A stretch of 64,000 nucleotides of DNA, taken from contig CAVUPH010000020.1 in assembly GCA_963743305.1 (NCBI GenBank), positions 132,813 through 196,812 on the forward strand, given 5' to 3'. Shown in pieces: positions 1 through 10,263 of the stretch (its first letter is position 1; each line of letters starts with the position of its first letter). Origin of the DNA: an uncultured delta proteobacterium (lineage in GTDB: Bacteria > Desulfobacterota > RBG-13-43-22). The position numbers were made by a program, and so were the translations under genes. The notes under the pieces were generated by a model. That model was not told where the DNA came from. It saw only the letters and a program-made list of their open reading frames with translations, and made no database searches.

Positions 1-397
1 GGGAGAAAGGACCTTCTGGGTGGATTGCGACGTCATCCAGGCCGACGGCGGGACTCGGACGGCCTCCATCACCGGGGCCTATGTGGCCCTGGTGGATGCC
101 GTTGAGTTTTTACGAAAAGAAATCTCGATCCCCCGGGACCCGATCCAGGATTCGGTGGCGGCCATCAGTGTGGGTCTGGTCAACGGGGAGATTTGCCTGG
201 ACCTCAACTATCGGGAAGACTCCTCCGCTGAAGTGGACTGCAATTTCGTTATGACCGGGCACGGGAGTTTCATCGAGATCCAGGGTACGGCCGAAGGCCG
301 CCCCTTTTCCCGGGAATCCTTTGACCAAATGACCCAATTGGCCGTTCAGGGGATTGATCGGTTAACGGCGTTTCAGCACCAGGTCCTGACCAAATGA
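1..397 (+). CDS. rph: Ribonuclease PH (5'-truncated by window edge)
   Basis: [27 protein letters not shown] and EIQGTAEG motifs; followed by rdgB. Confidence 0.95.
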   Translation, partial: GERTFWVDCDVIQADGGTRTASITGAYVALVDAVEFLRKEISIPRDPIQDSVAAISVGLVNGEICLDLNYREDSSAEVDCNFVMTGHGSFIEIQGTAEGRPFSRESFDQMTQLAVQGIDRLTAFQHQVLTK

Positions 398-999
398 TTT
401 TGGTCCTGGCCACTCAAAACCAGGGCAAGATCCGGGAGATTGAAAAGTCGCTGGATTTGTCCCGTCTGAAGATTCGATCCCTTCAGGATTTCCCGGACCT
501 CCCCGAGGTGGTGGAAGACGGCCAAACCTTCTTGGAAAATGCCTTTAAAAAAGCTCAAGCCTGCGCCCGGGCCACCGGCTGCCCGGCCCTGGCCGATGAT
601 TCCGGACTGGAAGTGGACTGCCTGAACGGCGCCCCGGGCATTTATTCGGCCCGCTTTTCCGGAGAAGGGGCCACGGACGAAGCCAATAATCGAAAATTGC
701 TGTCTTTATTGGAAGGGCTTCCCGAGGAGAGACGGACCGCCCGCTTTGTCTGCCAGATGGTCCTCTATTTGCCGGAGGGTAAATGGATTCAGACCGAGGG
801 CTTTTGCCCGGGGATTATTGCCCCCGGACCGCGCGGAGAACACGGCTTCGGATACGACCCCGTTTTTTACCTGCCGGAATTCAATAGAACCATGGCCGAA
901 ATCTCCCTGGAGGATAAGAACCGGATCAGCCACCGCGCCCAGGCCCTGCAAAAAATTCGTCTCCATTTATGGACGATCCTGAAGACTCCCGGCGCTTAG
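394..999 (+). CDS. rdgB: Non-canonical purine NTP pyrophosphatase (RdgB/HAM1)
   Basis: [29 protein letters not shown] and SHR motifs. Confidence 0.95.
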   Translation: MILVLATQNQGKIREIEKSLDLSRLKIRSLQDFPDLPEVVEDGQTFLENAFKKAQACARATGCPALADDSGLEVDCLNGAPGIYSARFSGEGATDEANNRKLLSLLEGLPEERRTARFVCQMVLYLPEGKWIQTEGFCPGIIAPGPRGEHGFGYDPVFYLPEFNRTMAEISLEDKNRISHRAQALQKIRLHLWTILKTPGA

Positions 1000-1005
1000 C
1001 GCAGA

Positions 1006-1290
1006 AGGGAATCGGGAGATGGAAGAAGGAAGATAGAAGATGGAAGCAAAAAACAAATAAAACCGTTGAGAGATGGAGGCGATATTCACCTCTAAGAGCC
1101 CGTCAAGAAATAAGCTGTACGATGTCCCGGTATTTCCGTTCATGCTGAGCCTGTCGAAGCATGGCCGTATCGTTCACCCTTCGACTGCTCGACAGGCTCG
1201 CAGCTCAGGGCGAACGGTTGTAGTGTCGCTTTGTCAAGGGTATTTGTCTTTTCTTCCCTCTTCTATCTTCCCTCTCTCCTTTCTCTCCCC
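1006..1290. repeat. Purine-rich 7-nt-period tract (1006-1047) and inverted pyrimidine tract (1248-1290) enclosing a REP-like palindrome (1136-1217)
   Basis: gaagaag/gaagata/gaagatg units; complementary cttccct/cttctat units; ccgttcatgctgagcctgtcgaagc...cccttcgac...gctcagggcgaacgg inside. Confidence 0.7.
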
Positions 1291-1330
1291 TTGCCTAACC
1301 CCCCCACATTGTGCTAAGTTACCAGGCAGT

Positions 1331-1407
<77 letters not shown>

Positions 1408-1416
1408 CTTATTCCA

Positions 1417-1842
1417 ATGGATGAACTCTTTCAAATGGGCCGGACAGCCTTGGCCGCCCAGCCATTCAGCCGTTTGCTGGGTACGGAACTTAGTGTCTTC
1501 CGGCCGGGGGAAGCTGAATTGGCTTTGCAGATCCGCCCCGATCTCCTACAGCAACACGGCTTCGTCCATGGCGGGGTGATCGGCTACCTGACCGACAACG
1601 CCCTGACCTTCGCCGGCGGCTCAGTGTTGGGACCGGCCGTGGTGACCTCGGAGTATAAAATCAACTACCTTAAACCGGCCCGAGCAGGCCGGTTGGTCGC
1701 CCGAGCCACGGTCGTGGCCCCCGGCGCCCGCCAGGCCGTATGCCGGTGCGATGTATGGATTGTCACCGAGGAAGGTGAAGCCCTGTGCGCCACGGCCCAG
1801 GGAACGATCTCCTTATTGTCCGAACCACGGCCCAGGAAATAA
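1417..1842 (+). CDS. PaaI family thioesterase (hotdog fold)
   Basis: QQHGFVHGG motif; EYKINYLKPA. Confidence 0.9.
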   Translation: MDELFQMGRTALAAQPFSRLLGTELSVFRPGEAELALQIRPDLLQQHGFVHGGVIGYLTDNALTFAGGSVLGPAVVTSEYKINYLKPARAGRLVARATVVAPGARQAVCRCDVWIVTEEGEALCATAQGTISLLSEPRPRK

Positions 1843-1880
1843 TGGATGTTGGTTATAAAGTTGAGAAGGAGAATCAGGAC

Positions 1881-2276
1881 ATGCCGCGACTAATCCAGCA
1901 GGCGGCTTTCTTCCCGGTACCGCCGGATCGTTTGTTTGACATGTATCTGGATCCGGCCGCTCACGCGGCCTTCACAGGTGCCCCGGTAATAATCGGTGAT
2001 CAAGCGGGTGCGGCCTTTCAGGCCTTCGACGGCATGATTTCAGGGACCGTCTTGCAGGTGGTTCCGAAACGGCTGATCGTCCAGTCCTGGAGGGCGGCCC
2101 ACTGGAAGCCGGAGGAAATGGACTCTACGCTGATACTGACTTTCTGGCCGGAAGGGGAGGGTGCCCGGATCGAGTTGGTTCAGGTGAATGTGGCCGACCA
2201 CGACTTCGCCGGGGTCAGCCAGGGCTGGGAGAAGTACTATTGGTCACCCTGGCTGGAGTACCTGCAGGCCGGATAA
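1881..2276 (+). CDS. SRPBCC/AHSA1-like domain protein
   Basis: FDGMISG...RLIVQSWR...GWEKYYW pattern; AAGGAG RBS before ATG 1881. Confidence 0.8.
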   Translation: MPRLIQQAAFFPVPPDRLFDMYLDPAAHAAFTGAPVIIGDQAGAAFQAFDGMISGTVLQVVPKRLIVQSWRAAHWKPEEMDSTLILTFWPEGEGARIELVQVNVADHDFAGVSQGWEKYYWSPWLEYLQAG

Positions 2277-2384
2277 AATAATGCCGGGCATAAAAAAATA
2301 GGGCAGGTCCGTTTGGCTTGATCCACCCTATTTCCGTTGTCCGAAGCACGGCCCAAATCATAGACTACCCGCCCATCCGTGCAA

Positions 2385-2418
2385 GAAGCCCCCTGTACCA
2401 CAAGGTGCAGGGGGCTTC
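2385..2418. terminator. Hairpin between convergent genes (probable serC terminator)
   Basis: gaagccccctgtac-cacaag-gtgcagggggcttc. Confidence 0.55.
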
Positions 2419-2480
2419 CCGGTATATCTCTAAATGGTCTCAAGATGGTTCCAACCTCATAAAGCGTCAATTCCGCAGCA

Positions 2481-3566
2481 TTAACCGTTGGCCTTGGCAA
2501 ATTCCTTCATAAAATCCACCAGGGCCTGCACGCCTGCTTTGGTAGTGGCGTTGTAGAGGGAGGCCCGGCAGCCGCCCACGGAACGGTGTCCCTTGAGGCC
2601 GGCCAGATCGTGCTTCAGGGCTTCGGCGACGAATTTGGCCTCCAGTTCCTCGCTGGGCAGCCGGAAGGTGACATTCATCAGGGATCGGCTGTCCTTTTCC
2701 GCCGTTCCCCGATAGTACCCGGATTGATCGATATAGTTATAAAGAAGCGCCCCTTTTTCCTGGTTGATCTTTTCCATGGCTCCCAGACCGCCGATGGTCT
2801 CCTCCAGCCATTTCAGGACCAAATTGATGGTGTAAATGGTGAAGCAGGACGGCGTGTTGAACATGGAATTGTCCTTGGCGAAGGTGGTGTATTTCAGCAT
2901 GGTGGGCAGATTATCCGGGGTCCGTTCCAGCATATCCTGGCGAACGATGACCAGGGCGGTCCCGGCCGGCCCGATATTTTTCTGGGCGCCGGCGTAGATC
3001 AGGCCGAAGGGTTTGCCATCAAAAGGCCGGCTCATGATGTCCGAAGACATGTCGCAGACCAGGGGAACATTGCCGCTTTTCGGGAATACGGGCCACTGGG
3101 TTCCTTTAATGGTGTTGTTGGAGGTGAAATGGAGATAGGCTGCCTCCGGATCCACCGTGTATTCTTTGGGGATATAAGAGAAATTCTTATCTTCGGAAGA
3201 GGCGATGACCCGGACGTCCAGCTTCTGGATCTTGGCCTCCTTGATCGCCTTGGTGGCCCAGGTGCCGGTATTGATGTAGTCCACCGGTTTCCCCGGCAGG
3301 GCCAGGTTCATGGGGATCATGCAAAACTGCATACTGGCTCCCCCTTGCAGAAAGAGGACCTGATAGTCGTCTCCCAGATTAAGAAGCCTTTTGGTCCGGG
3401 TCACCGCCTCGTTGATCACCGCATCGAAGGGCTTGGAGCGATGGCTGATTTCGGTTATCGACATCCCTGTGCCCTTATAGTCTAAAAACTCCGCCTGAAT
3501 TTCCTCTAAAACGGGCAGCGGTAAGGCGGCGGGGCCGGCATTGAAGTTAAAAACTCTCTTTCCCAT
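2481..3566 (-). CDS. serC: Phosphoserine aminotransferase
   Basis: FNFNAGPAALP, LQGGAS, DMSS, AGAQKNIGPAG (PLP Lys) and GHRSVGG motifs. Confidence 0.97.
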   Translation of the reverse strand: MGKRVFNFNAGPAALPLPVLEEIQAEFLDYKGTGMSITEISHRSKPFDAVINEAVTRTKRLLNLGDDYQVLFLQGGASMQFCMIPMNLALPGKPVDYINTGTWATKAIKEAKIQKLDVRVIASSEDKNFSYIPKEYTVDPEAAYLHFTSNNTIKGTQWPVFPKSGNVPLVCDMSSDIMSRPFDGKPFGLIYAGAQKNIGPAGTALVIVRQDMLERTPDNLPTMLKYTTFAKDNSMFNTPSCFTIYTINLVLKWLEETIGGLGAMEKINQEKGALLYNYIDQSGYYRGTAEKDSRSLMNVTFRLPSEELEAKFVAEALKHDLAGLKGHRSVGGCRASLYNATTKAGVQALVDFMKEFAKANG

Positions 3567-3820
3567 GATTGGTCCTCCTTCTATAAATGAAATTAATTTT
3601 GCTTGGTTCCCAGGGTTATGAGGATGTGGGCGCATCCCTCAATAAACGGTTTTTATCATTGTTAGCACAGGCGGGGACACCTTGTGTAGCATTTTTTTAT
3701 TTAGCTTGAATTTATTGAAAAAATTGATTAAAGGAGATAAAGAACTCCTCTGAGATTACGGGGGTCCAACCCTCTCGACCCGACCATGCGATCATTATGC
3801 GGCGACCCGTTACCCGGCCA

Positions 3821-4332
3821 ATGAAAGTTTTCGTTATTCTTCTGGTTTCCGCGATTTTCCTTTTGTTGTCCTGCTCCAGCGGCAAATCCTTCCAGGATCT
3901 CCGGATTGAATTAGAAACCCTCCGGGTCTCCCGGACCTACCAGGACGCCTTTGATCTGGAAGGGACGCTAAAGGTTTTCAACCCGAATGACGTGGGCGCC
4001 AAGGTTTCCGGTTACCGCTACCGACTGGAGGTGGAAGGCCGGCGTCTTATGGGGGGGGAATCGCACCCTGCCGTTTGAAATTCCTCCTTTGAAGTCCTTT
4101 CGGGTGAAGGTCCCGGGGACGGTTTATTACCAGGACCTCCTGGCGGCGTGGGGACCGGGCGCTTTCCGGGCAGGGCTTCCACTACACCCTTTTCGGAACG
4201 CTTTACTTGGACACATTCATCGGCCCCTATTCCGTGCCATTCAGTCAGGAAGGGGTCTTGAATCTCTCCGAGATCCTGCAGGAAAAAACCCGTCAATTAT
4301 TCCAAGGTCTCCTGGATGGAAACTCCCCCTGA
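3821..4332 (+). CDS. LEA type 2 family lipoprotein (apparent frameshifts)
   Basis: Lipobox LLSC; LKVFNPN...YRLEVEG LEA_2 pattern continues in other frames; end approximate. Confidence 0.55.
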
Positions 4333-5933
4333 GGCTTCTTCCACCACCCAGGTAGCCAAGTCCGCCGGATCGGTAGGAGTTGCCGTTTTTTGCAGCCGGA
4401 TCCTGGGCCTGATCCGGGAACAGGTCATGGCCGTCCTTTTTGGGGCCGGCTATTACATGGACGCCTTCGTGGTGGCCTTTCGCATTCCCAACCTGCTGCG
4501 CGACTTATTCGCCGAAGGCGCCCTTTCGGCCGCCTTTGTCACCGTCTTCACCGATTATGGCCAGACCAAAGGCCGGGAGGCCACCTGGCGTCTGGCCAAC
4601 AATGTCCTGGTCACGCTGACCCTGCTTTTGACCCTGATCACCCTTCTGGGGATGTTCTTCTCCGAAGATATCATTCGGATCATGGCCCCGGATTTTGGGC
4701 GGGTGGCCGGCAAGATCGACCTGACCCGGCTGCTGGCCAACATCATGTTTCCCTTCCTGGTGCTGATCTCGATCGCGGCGGTGGTCATGGGCATCCTGAA
4801 CACCCGGGGGGTATTCTTCATCCCGGCCATGGCCTCCACTTTTTTCAATCTGGGCTCCATCCTCGGCGGGGTAGCCTGCGCCTGGTATGCCCCGGTCTTC
4901 GGCCAGCCGCGCATCGTCGGCATGGCCGTGGGCACCTTGATCGGGGGCCTGCTCCAGTTGCTCATCCAGATGCCCTCTTTAAACAAAACCGGGTTTGAAT
5001 GGCGACCCGTTTTCAATCCCTGGGACCCGGGGTTGCGGCGGATCATGGTTTTGATGATCCCGGCGGTGATCGGACTTTCCGCCACCCAGATCAACATTTT
5101 CATCAATACCAATTTTGCCGCCCGCTGCGCCGAGGGCAGCGTTTCCTGGCTCAACTACGCCTTTCGCCTGATGCAGTTTCCCATCGGGGTTTTCGGAGTG
5201 GCCATTTCCATCGCCACCCTGCCCCTGGTCTCCCGCCAGGCCTCCCGGGGCGATATGACTTCTCTGAAGGCCACCTACGTCTCCTCCCTGACCATGGCTT
5301 TCCTGCTGACCATCCCGGCCTCCTTCGGGCTGGCCTTCCTGGCCGAGCCCATCATCCGGCTCATTTTTGAACACGGCCGCTTTACCGCAATGGACACCCG
5401 GCATACGGCCGAGGCCCTGGCCTATTACGCCATCGGGCTCTTTGCCTATTCGTCGGTCAAGATCACCGTCCCTATTTTTTACGCCTTAAAGGACACCAAG
5501 TACCCGGTCATCGCCAGCTTTATTTCCGTGATCACCAACATCGTGATCATTTCCTTGACCCTGAATAGGTTCCAGCACAAGGCCATTGCCTTTTCCACCT
5601 CTATTACCATGATTCTTAACTTTGCTTTTCTGGGGACGATTCTCTACCGCAAGCTGGGGGGCTTCGACCTCCGGTATTTGTTTAAATCGTTGTGCAAGAT
5701 CACCGGGGCTTCCCTGGCCATGGGCGGATTGGCCTATGTCCTGAATCTGGAGTCGGGAAATCTCTGGGGAAGACCGCGCCTGCCGGGCCAGATGGCCGTC
5801 CTGGGTTTAGTGATCGCCACCGCCGGGTTGTTCTATTTCGGTGCTGGTCCACTGGTTGGGGATTCGGGAACTCAAAGAAATCCTGGACAAACTGAAGGAA
5901 CGATTGCGCCGTCCCCGCCAACTTTCACCTTGA
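4316..5933 (+). CDS. murJ: Lipid II flippase MurJ (frameshift near 3' end, ~5845)
   Basis: SRILGLIRE, DAFVVAFRIPNLLRDLFAEGALSAAF and YAFRLMQFPIGVFG; LGIRELKE tail lies in a shifted frame. Confidence 0.95.
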
Positions 5934-6009
5934 CAATTTTTGATAAATAATCAATAAAACAGTACAGCCGGTTGATCAAAAAGGTTCAGATTTGATCAAC
6001 CGACTGGGT

Positions 6010-6097
6010 GCCTGGGTGGCGGAATAGGTAGACGCAAGGGACTTAAAATCCCTCGGTCCTCGTGGCTGTACCGGTTCGATTCCGGTCCCAGGCACCA
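6010..6097 (+). tRNA. tRNA-Leu (TAA)
   Basis: gcctggg acceptor; aggga-ct-TAA-aa-tccct anticodon arm; long variable arm; ggttcgattcc; CCA. Confidence 0.97.
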
Positions 6098-6115
6098 TAA
6101 AATAATAGGAAAATG

Positions 6116-6158
6116 AAGGACTTAATGCTGTGCTGGTTTAAAGTCCTTTTCTTTTCTG
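6116..6158 (+). terminator. Putative intrinsic terminator after tRNA-Leu
   Basis: aaggactt...aagtcctt stem followed by ttcttttct. Confidence 0.55.
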
Positions 6159-6541
6159 TCCGGCGTTCTAAAATTTACCCCCATTTTACCCCCACTTTTT
6201 TTAGAATAAGTCCTTACCCCCAATCCTCCTGATCCGGAAACAAAAAGGCTGGCCAGGTCCTCAGCCGGCCCCGATAATCAGCGTCCGGATTCCTGTGCGG
6301 TTCGCGGTGCGACGTTCTGCCCGGACCAAACATTCCTCTGCCCGGTCTGGTCCCCGATGGTCAGGCTCAGCACCTTTTAAGGGCATTCCCTTCGATAGGC
6401 GACCGAAACCCTCCTCGACTCGGCCCTTGTCTTTTGGATAGCAAGAGGTAAAATAATAGCCAGGCAAAAGGCCATGCTATTGGGCGGAGTGTTCCCGGCA
6501 ACGAACACCTTTAACCCTGTCAAGGTATCTGCAAACGTGTA

Positions 6542-8188
6542 ATGATCACATCCATGAACATCGCCTGGTGGGTGCAGCGCTGGGGTGAACTCCATCCCCA
6601 GAAGTGCGCCATTATCTATGAGGAAGAGCGGATCACCTATCTGGAGCTTGACCGGAGGGCCAACCGGACCGGTTGTTGGCTGCAGTCCCTGGGCCTCGAG
6701 AAGGGGGACCGGGTGGCCGTCCTGCTGCCCAATGGCCCGGCCTTCATCGAACTCTATCTGGCCTGCGCCCGGCTGGGAGCCATCTTTGTGCCGCTCAATT
6801 TTCGGCTAGCCCCGCCGGAACTGGACTACACCCTCAAGAACGCGCGGCCGCGGCTGCTGGTGTTCGGCCGGGAGTTTGCCGACGCCGTGGCGGAACTCCG
6901 TCTCAGCCGCCAAAGGCCAGAGATGCTATTGGCCGGCGTCGGACGCGGTTATCGGTCGGACGAGATCCGGGATTATGAGGCCGAGACCCAAGTCTTTGGT
7001 GAAGAAAAACCCTTTCAGGCCAAATCCCCGGGCCCGGCCAGCGAGGAGGAGCCCCAGGTGATCATGTACACCTCGGGCACCACCGGCCTGCCCAAGGGGG
7101 CGGTTCTCTCCCACCGGAAGACCTTTTTCAACTGTCTAAATGCCGAGATTTTTTTTAAGTCCCATTTTGATGATATCATGCTCATCGTCCTTCCTCTGTT
7201 TCACTCCGGCGGTCTGTTCATTCAAGCCTCCCCCACCCTGTACAAAGGGGCCACCATGATCATTCATCCGAAATTCGATCCCCAACAGACCTTCGAGGAC
7301 ATTCAACGCTACCGGGTCACGAAGTTCCTCGGGGTCCCGACGATATACAAATCGCTGGCCCGGGCAGGAGAGGGAAAAATGCCGGACCTTTCTTCCCTGC
7401 AGGTCTGCGCCATCGGCGGAGAAAAGGCGGCTCCCGAAATGATGGCCCGTTTCCGGGAGGCGGGCTTTCCGCTCCGCCAAATCATGGGGCAAACCGAAAC
7501 CTCCATCCTGTTGTGGGCCTCGGAGGAGGATGTGATCCGTAAACCCGGTTCGGTGGGGCGGCCTGTCTTCCATGCCGAGGTTGAACTTGTTGATCGAGAC
7601 TGCCGGACAGTGAAGCCGGGGGAGGTGGGGGAGATCGTCGTCCGGGGATCAATCATGATGAACGAGTACTGGCAGGATCCGGTAAAAACCGCGGAGACCA
7701 TCCGGAATGGATGGCTCCATACCGGTGACCTGGCCCGCCGGGATGAGGAGGGGTATTATTATCTAGTAGACCGGGCCAAGGACCTCTATATCTCCGGCGG
7801 GGAAAATGTCTATCCGGCCGAGGTGGAACGGGTGCTGCGTCAGCATCCGGAGGTAGAAGACGCGGCCGTGATCGGGATCGCGGATGAGGTTTGGGGTGAA
7901 ACGGGCCACGCCTTTGTCATCCCAAAGGCCGAAGGCCGTCTCTCGTCCGAAGCGCTGATCGCCTTCTGCGAGGGGAAGCTGGCCCGCTTCAAATGGCCTA
8001 AAGAAGTAACCTTTTGCCGCGAATTTCCCCAGACCTCCTTGGGAAAGGTTCGAAAATCTGCTCTCCTCATAAACCCAGCGGATGACCCGATCCTGAGCAC
8101 TATCGGTCCGGGCTCCGGCGACCGGAAAGCGGTTGCCAGAAAGCAGGACACCCTCCTTTATGATGTTAAGCAGCAAGATCCCAAATGA
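6542..8188 (+). CDS. Long-chain acyl-CoA synthetase / AMP-dependent ligase
   Basis: YTSGTTGLPKG, GQTE, GWLHTGD, SGGENVYPAEVE and GKV motifs. Confidence 0.92.
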   Translation: MITSMNIAWWVQRWGELHPQKCAIIYEEERITYLELDRRANRTGCWLQSLGLEKGDRVAVLLPNGPAFIELYLACARLGAIFVPLNFRLAPPELDYTLKNARPRLLVFGREFADAVAELRLSRQRPEMLLAGVGRGYRSDEIRDYEAETQVFGEEKPFQAKSPGPASEEEPQVIMYTSGTTGLPKGAVLSHRKTFFNCLNAEIFFKSHFDDIMLIVLPLFHSGGLFIQASPTLYKGATMIIHPKFDPQQTFEDIQRYRVTKFLGVPTIYKSLARAGEGKMPDLSSLQVCAIGGEKAAPEMMARFREAGFPLRQIMGQTETSILLWASEEDVIRKPGSVGRPVFHAEVELVDRDCRTVKPGEVGEIVVRGSIMMNEYWQDPVKTAETIRNGWLHTGDLARRDEEGYYYLVDRAKDLYISGGENVYPAEVERVLRQHPEVEDAAVIGIADEVWGETGHAFVIPKAEGRLSSEALIAFCEGKLARFKWPKEVTFCREFPQTSLGKVRKSALLINPADDPILSTIGPGSGDRKAVARKQDTLLYDVKQQDPK

Positions 8189-8411
8189 AGCGCATTTTCT
8201 TTAATTTCGCTTTCTCTGGTGATCGACATTTCCTGACGATGCACTTTCAGGTCTTTTCGGGCATCTAGTGAAATCCGTTTCGGGGAAGACCTTTGGCCCT
8301 CTATTGCTTTAATACCCCTACCTCACCTGGAACTATCCCTTTGATAAGTTGAACGGACCGGCTCCCGACTATTTTTTACCAAGTCGTCTGCCGGAGAGGT
8401 GTATTTTTGTC

Positions 8412-8440
8412 TTGACATTAATATATCGAAACGATATGTA
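8412..8440 (+). promoter_or_regulatory. Sigma70 -35 (TTGACA) with adjacent palindromic operator ATATCG-AAA-CGATAT, probably PadR autoregulation
   Basis: TTGACA at 8412-8417; perfect inverted repeat 8423-8437 upstream of padR. Confidence 0.6.
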
Positions 8441-8471
8441 TCGTCATAACATATTACCGTAGAAAGGCACC

Positions 8472-9005
8472 ATGGACATCAAATCAATTCTTCTGGGATT
8501 TCTCAACCGTCAGCCTTTGACCGGCTATGATTTGAAGAAACGTTTTTCCATCTCCTTCTCTTTTTTTTCCGGTGCGAGCTATGGGTCCATCTATCCGGCC
8601 TTGAAGAAAATGGAAAGGGAGGGACTGGTAACACCACAGGTGGAAATTCAGGATGGGGCACCCAACCGCAAGGTCTATTCCATCACCGCTGCCGGACGTA
8701 AGGCATTTATTGAGGCGTTAACGGCCCCCTATCATTGGGAGATGCCGAAGAATACGTTTTTGATGCGCCTTTTTTTCTTCGCCCACCTCTCCCCGGAAGA
8801 ACGGAAAACGGCGGTTCGCAGTCACTTGGAATCCCTGAAAGAAACGCAACGACAGCTCAAATCGACCCGATCGGAGATCGAAGGCCGGGCCGACTTTTAC
8901 CAACTTCAATGCTACAACTTCGGACTACGGTTCTACCGGGACATCATCCGCAATGTATCCCAAGTGCTTCAGGTTCTGGAAAAGACACCGGAGAAGGAGC
9001 CATAA
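8472..9005 (+). CDS. PadR family transcriptional regulator
   Basis: TGYDLKK...GSIYPALKKME...RKVYSITAAG, plus a C-terminal helical domain. Confidence 0.92.
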   Translation: MDIKSILLGFLNRQPLTGYDLKKRFSISFSFFSGASYGSIYPALKKMEREGLVTPQVEIQDGAPNRKVYSITAAGRKAFIEALTAPYHWEMPKNTFLMRLFFFAHLSPEERKTAVRSHLESLKETQRQLKSTRSEIEGRADFYQLQCYNFGLRFYRDIIRNVSQVLQVLEKTPEKEP

Positions 9006-9008
9006 TCC

Positions 9009-10048
9009 ATGGAATGCATTAAGCCGGCCCAAACAGCTTTTTTTATATATCGCCCCGTTTCCGGCCCTGGCCTTTTTCAAAATTTGGGCCTCCTTTGAAC
9101 CCTCAGCCAGCAAGCCTGACCTGGATCAGCCTGCTTCTTTTAGCCTACTGTCTGGCCGTACTGGTCATCGCCCGGCGGTGGGACAAACCAACCTATTTCG
9201 ACTGGACCATCGCCGTTTATTTTGCGGTTATTTTTTTGTTTTTATTGATCGGACCGAATACCGCCGGACTTTTCCTTTCCCGTTATGCCGTCACCGGCAT
9301 CTATGCCTGTCTTTTCACGGCGGCCTTTTTCCCTCCCCTCTTGGGCCTGCCCCCCTTTACCTATCACTATGCCAAGAAATCCACCCCCCGGGATCTTTGG
9401 GAAAATCCGATTTTTATCCGAATCAACCGGATTATGACCTTTGTCTGGTCCGGGATATTCACGGTCCTGTCTGCTCTTAAGCCTCTATCCTTCTGTTTTC
9501 ACCAGGGCTTTGATACCGTTAACCTTGATCCTGGGATTGGGGATGCCCTTTAATTTTCGATTTCCTGACTATTATCTAAAAAAGATGGGCCTGCCCTCCC
9601 TGGCCGAGCAGAAGCGACTGGCGGCAGAGGCGTCGACCATCGTCCAGCAGGATCCTTCATCGGTCCTTCTACCGGAAAGCGCCTGGGAGAGCCGTTTCCC
9701 GGATGCCGGATTTATTCAACCCGGAGGCGGCGGGGCACCTGAATGCGGTTATCGGTTTCCTGGTGTCCGGCGCCGAGCACTTCGACGCCTACCTCGATTA
9801 TTCAGGCGGGCACCTGCCGTCTGGAAAATAGCCTTCCCGTCAACCCGATCTGCTCATCCGTACCCCGGCCGAAGTCTGGCTGGGTCGTCACCCGGGGGGA
9901 ATTGGACGGCCAGCAGGCTTTTTTTCAAAAGGCCTATCAGGCGGAGGGGGACCTGGGGCTACTGATCCGGATGAAAATCTTGTTCAGCGGCGGGGTCGCT
10001 GTGTCCGGCGGGAAAATACAAAGCGCAAAAACCGGATTTCCCGAATAG
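9009..10048 (+). CDS. Membrane protein with C-terminal SCP2 sterol-binding domain (multiple frameshifts)
   Basis: TM segments across ORFs 8953/9095/9441; GELDGQQAFFQKAYQAEGDLGLLIRM SCP2 tail. Confidence 0.6.
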
Positions 10049-10103
10049 GCATCTCAACAGTTGACTTATGGACGATCACTTTATTGTGTTGACCGGCAAC
10101 CTT

Positions 10104-10188
10104 CGTCATCCCCGAATGTTTTCGTCGGGGATCCAGTTTTTCCTGAGAAAAGCCTGGATTCCCGCTCAGAAGGGCTGCGGGAATGACG
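10104..10188. repeat. REP/RS3-like palindrome
   Basis: cgtcatccccg...cggggatccag...ctggattcccgc...gcgggaatgacg. Confidence 0.8.
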
Positions 10189-10263
10189 ATCTAGCGAGTT
10201 TTGTCTATTGAGACAATTTGTAAGCAATCAACCAACAAGCAAATCACCAGAAAGGAGCAGGCA

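Noticed and set aside
6261-6467. Short minus-strand ORF ending RTLIIGAG (possible Rossmann-fold gene fragment)
   Set aside because: Only an 8-residue resemblance, insufficient to call a pseudogene.
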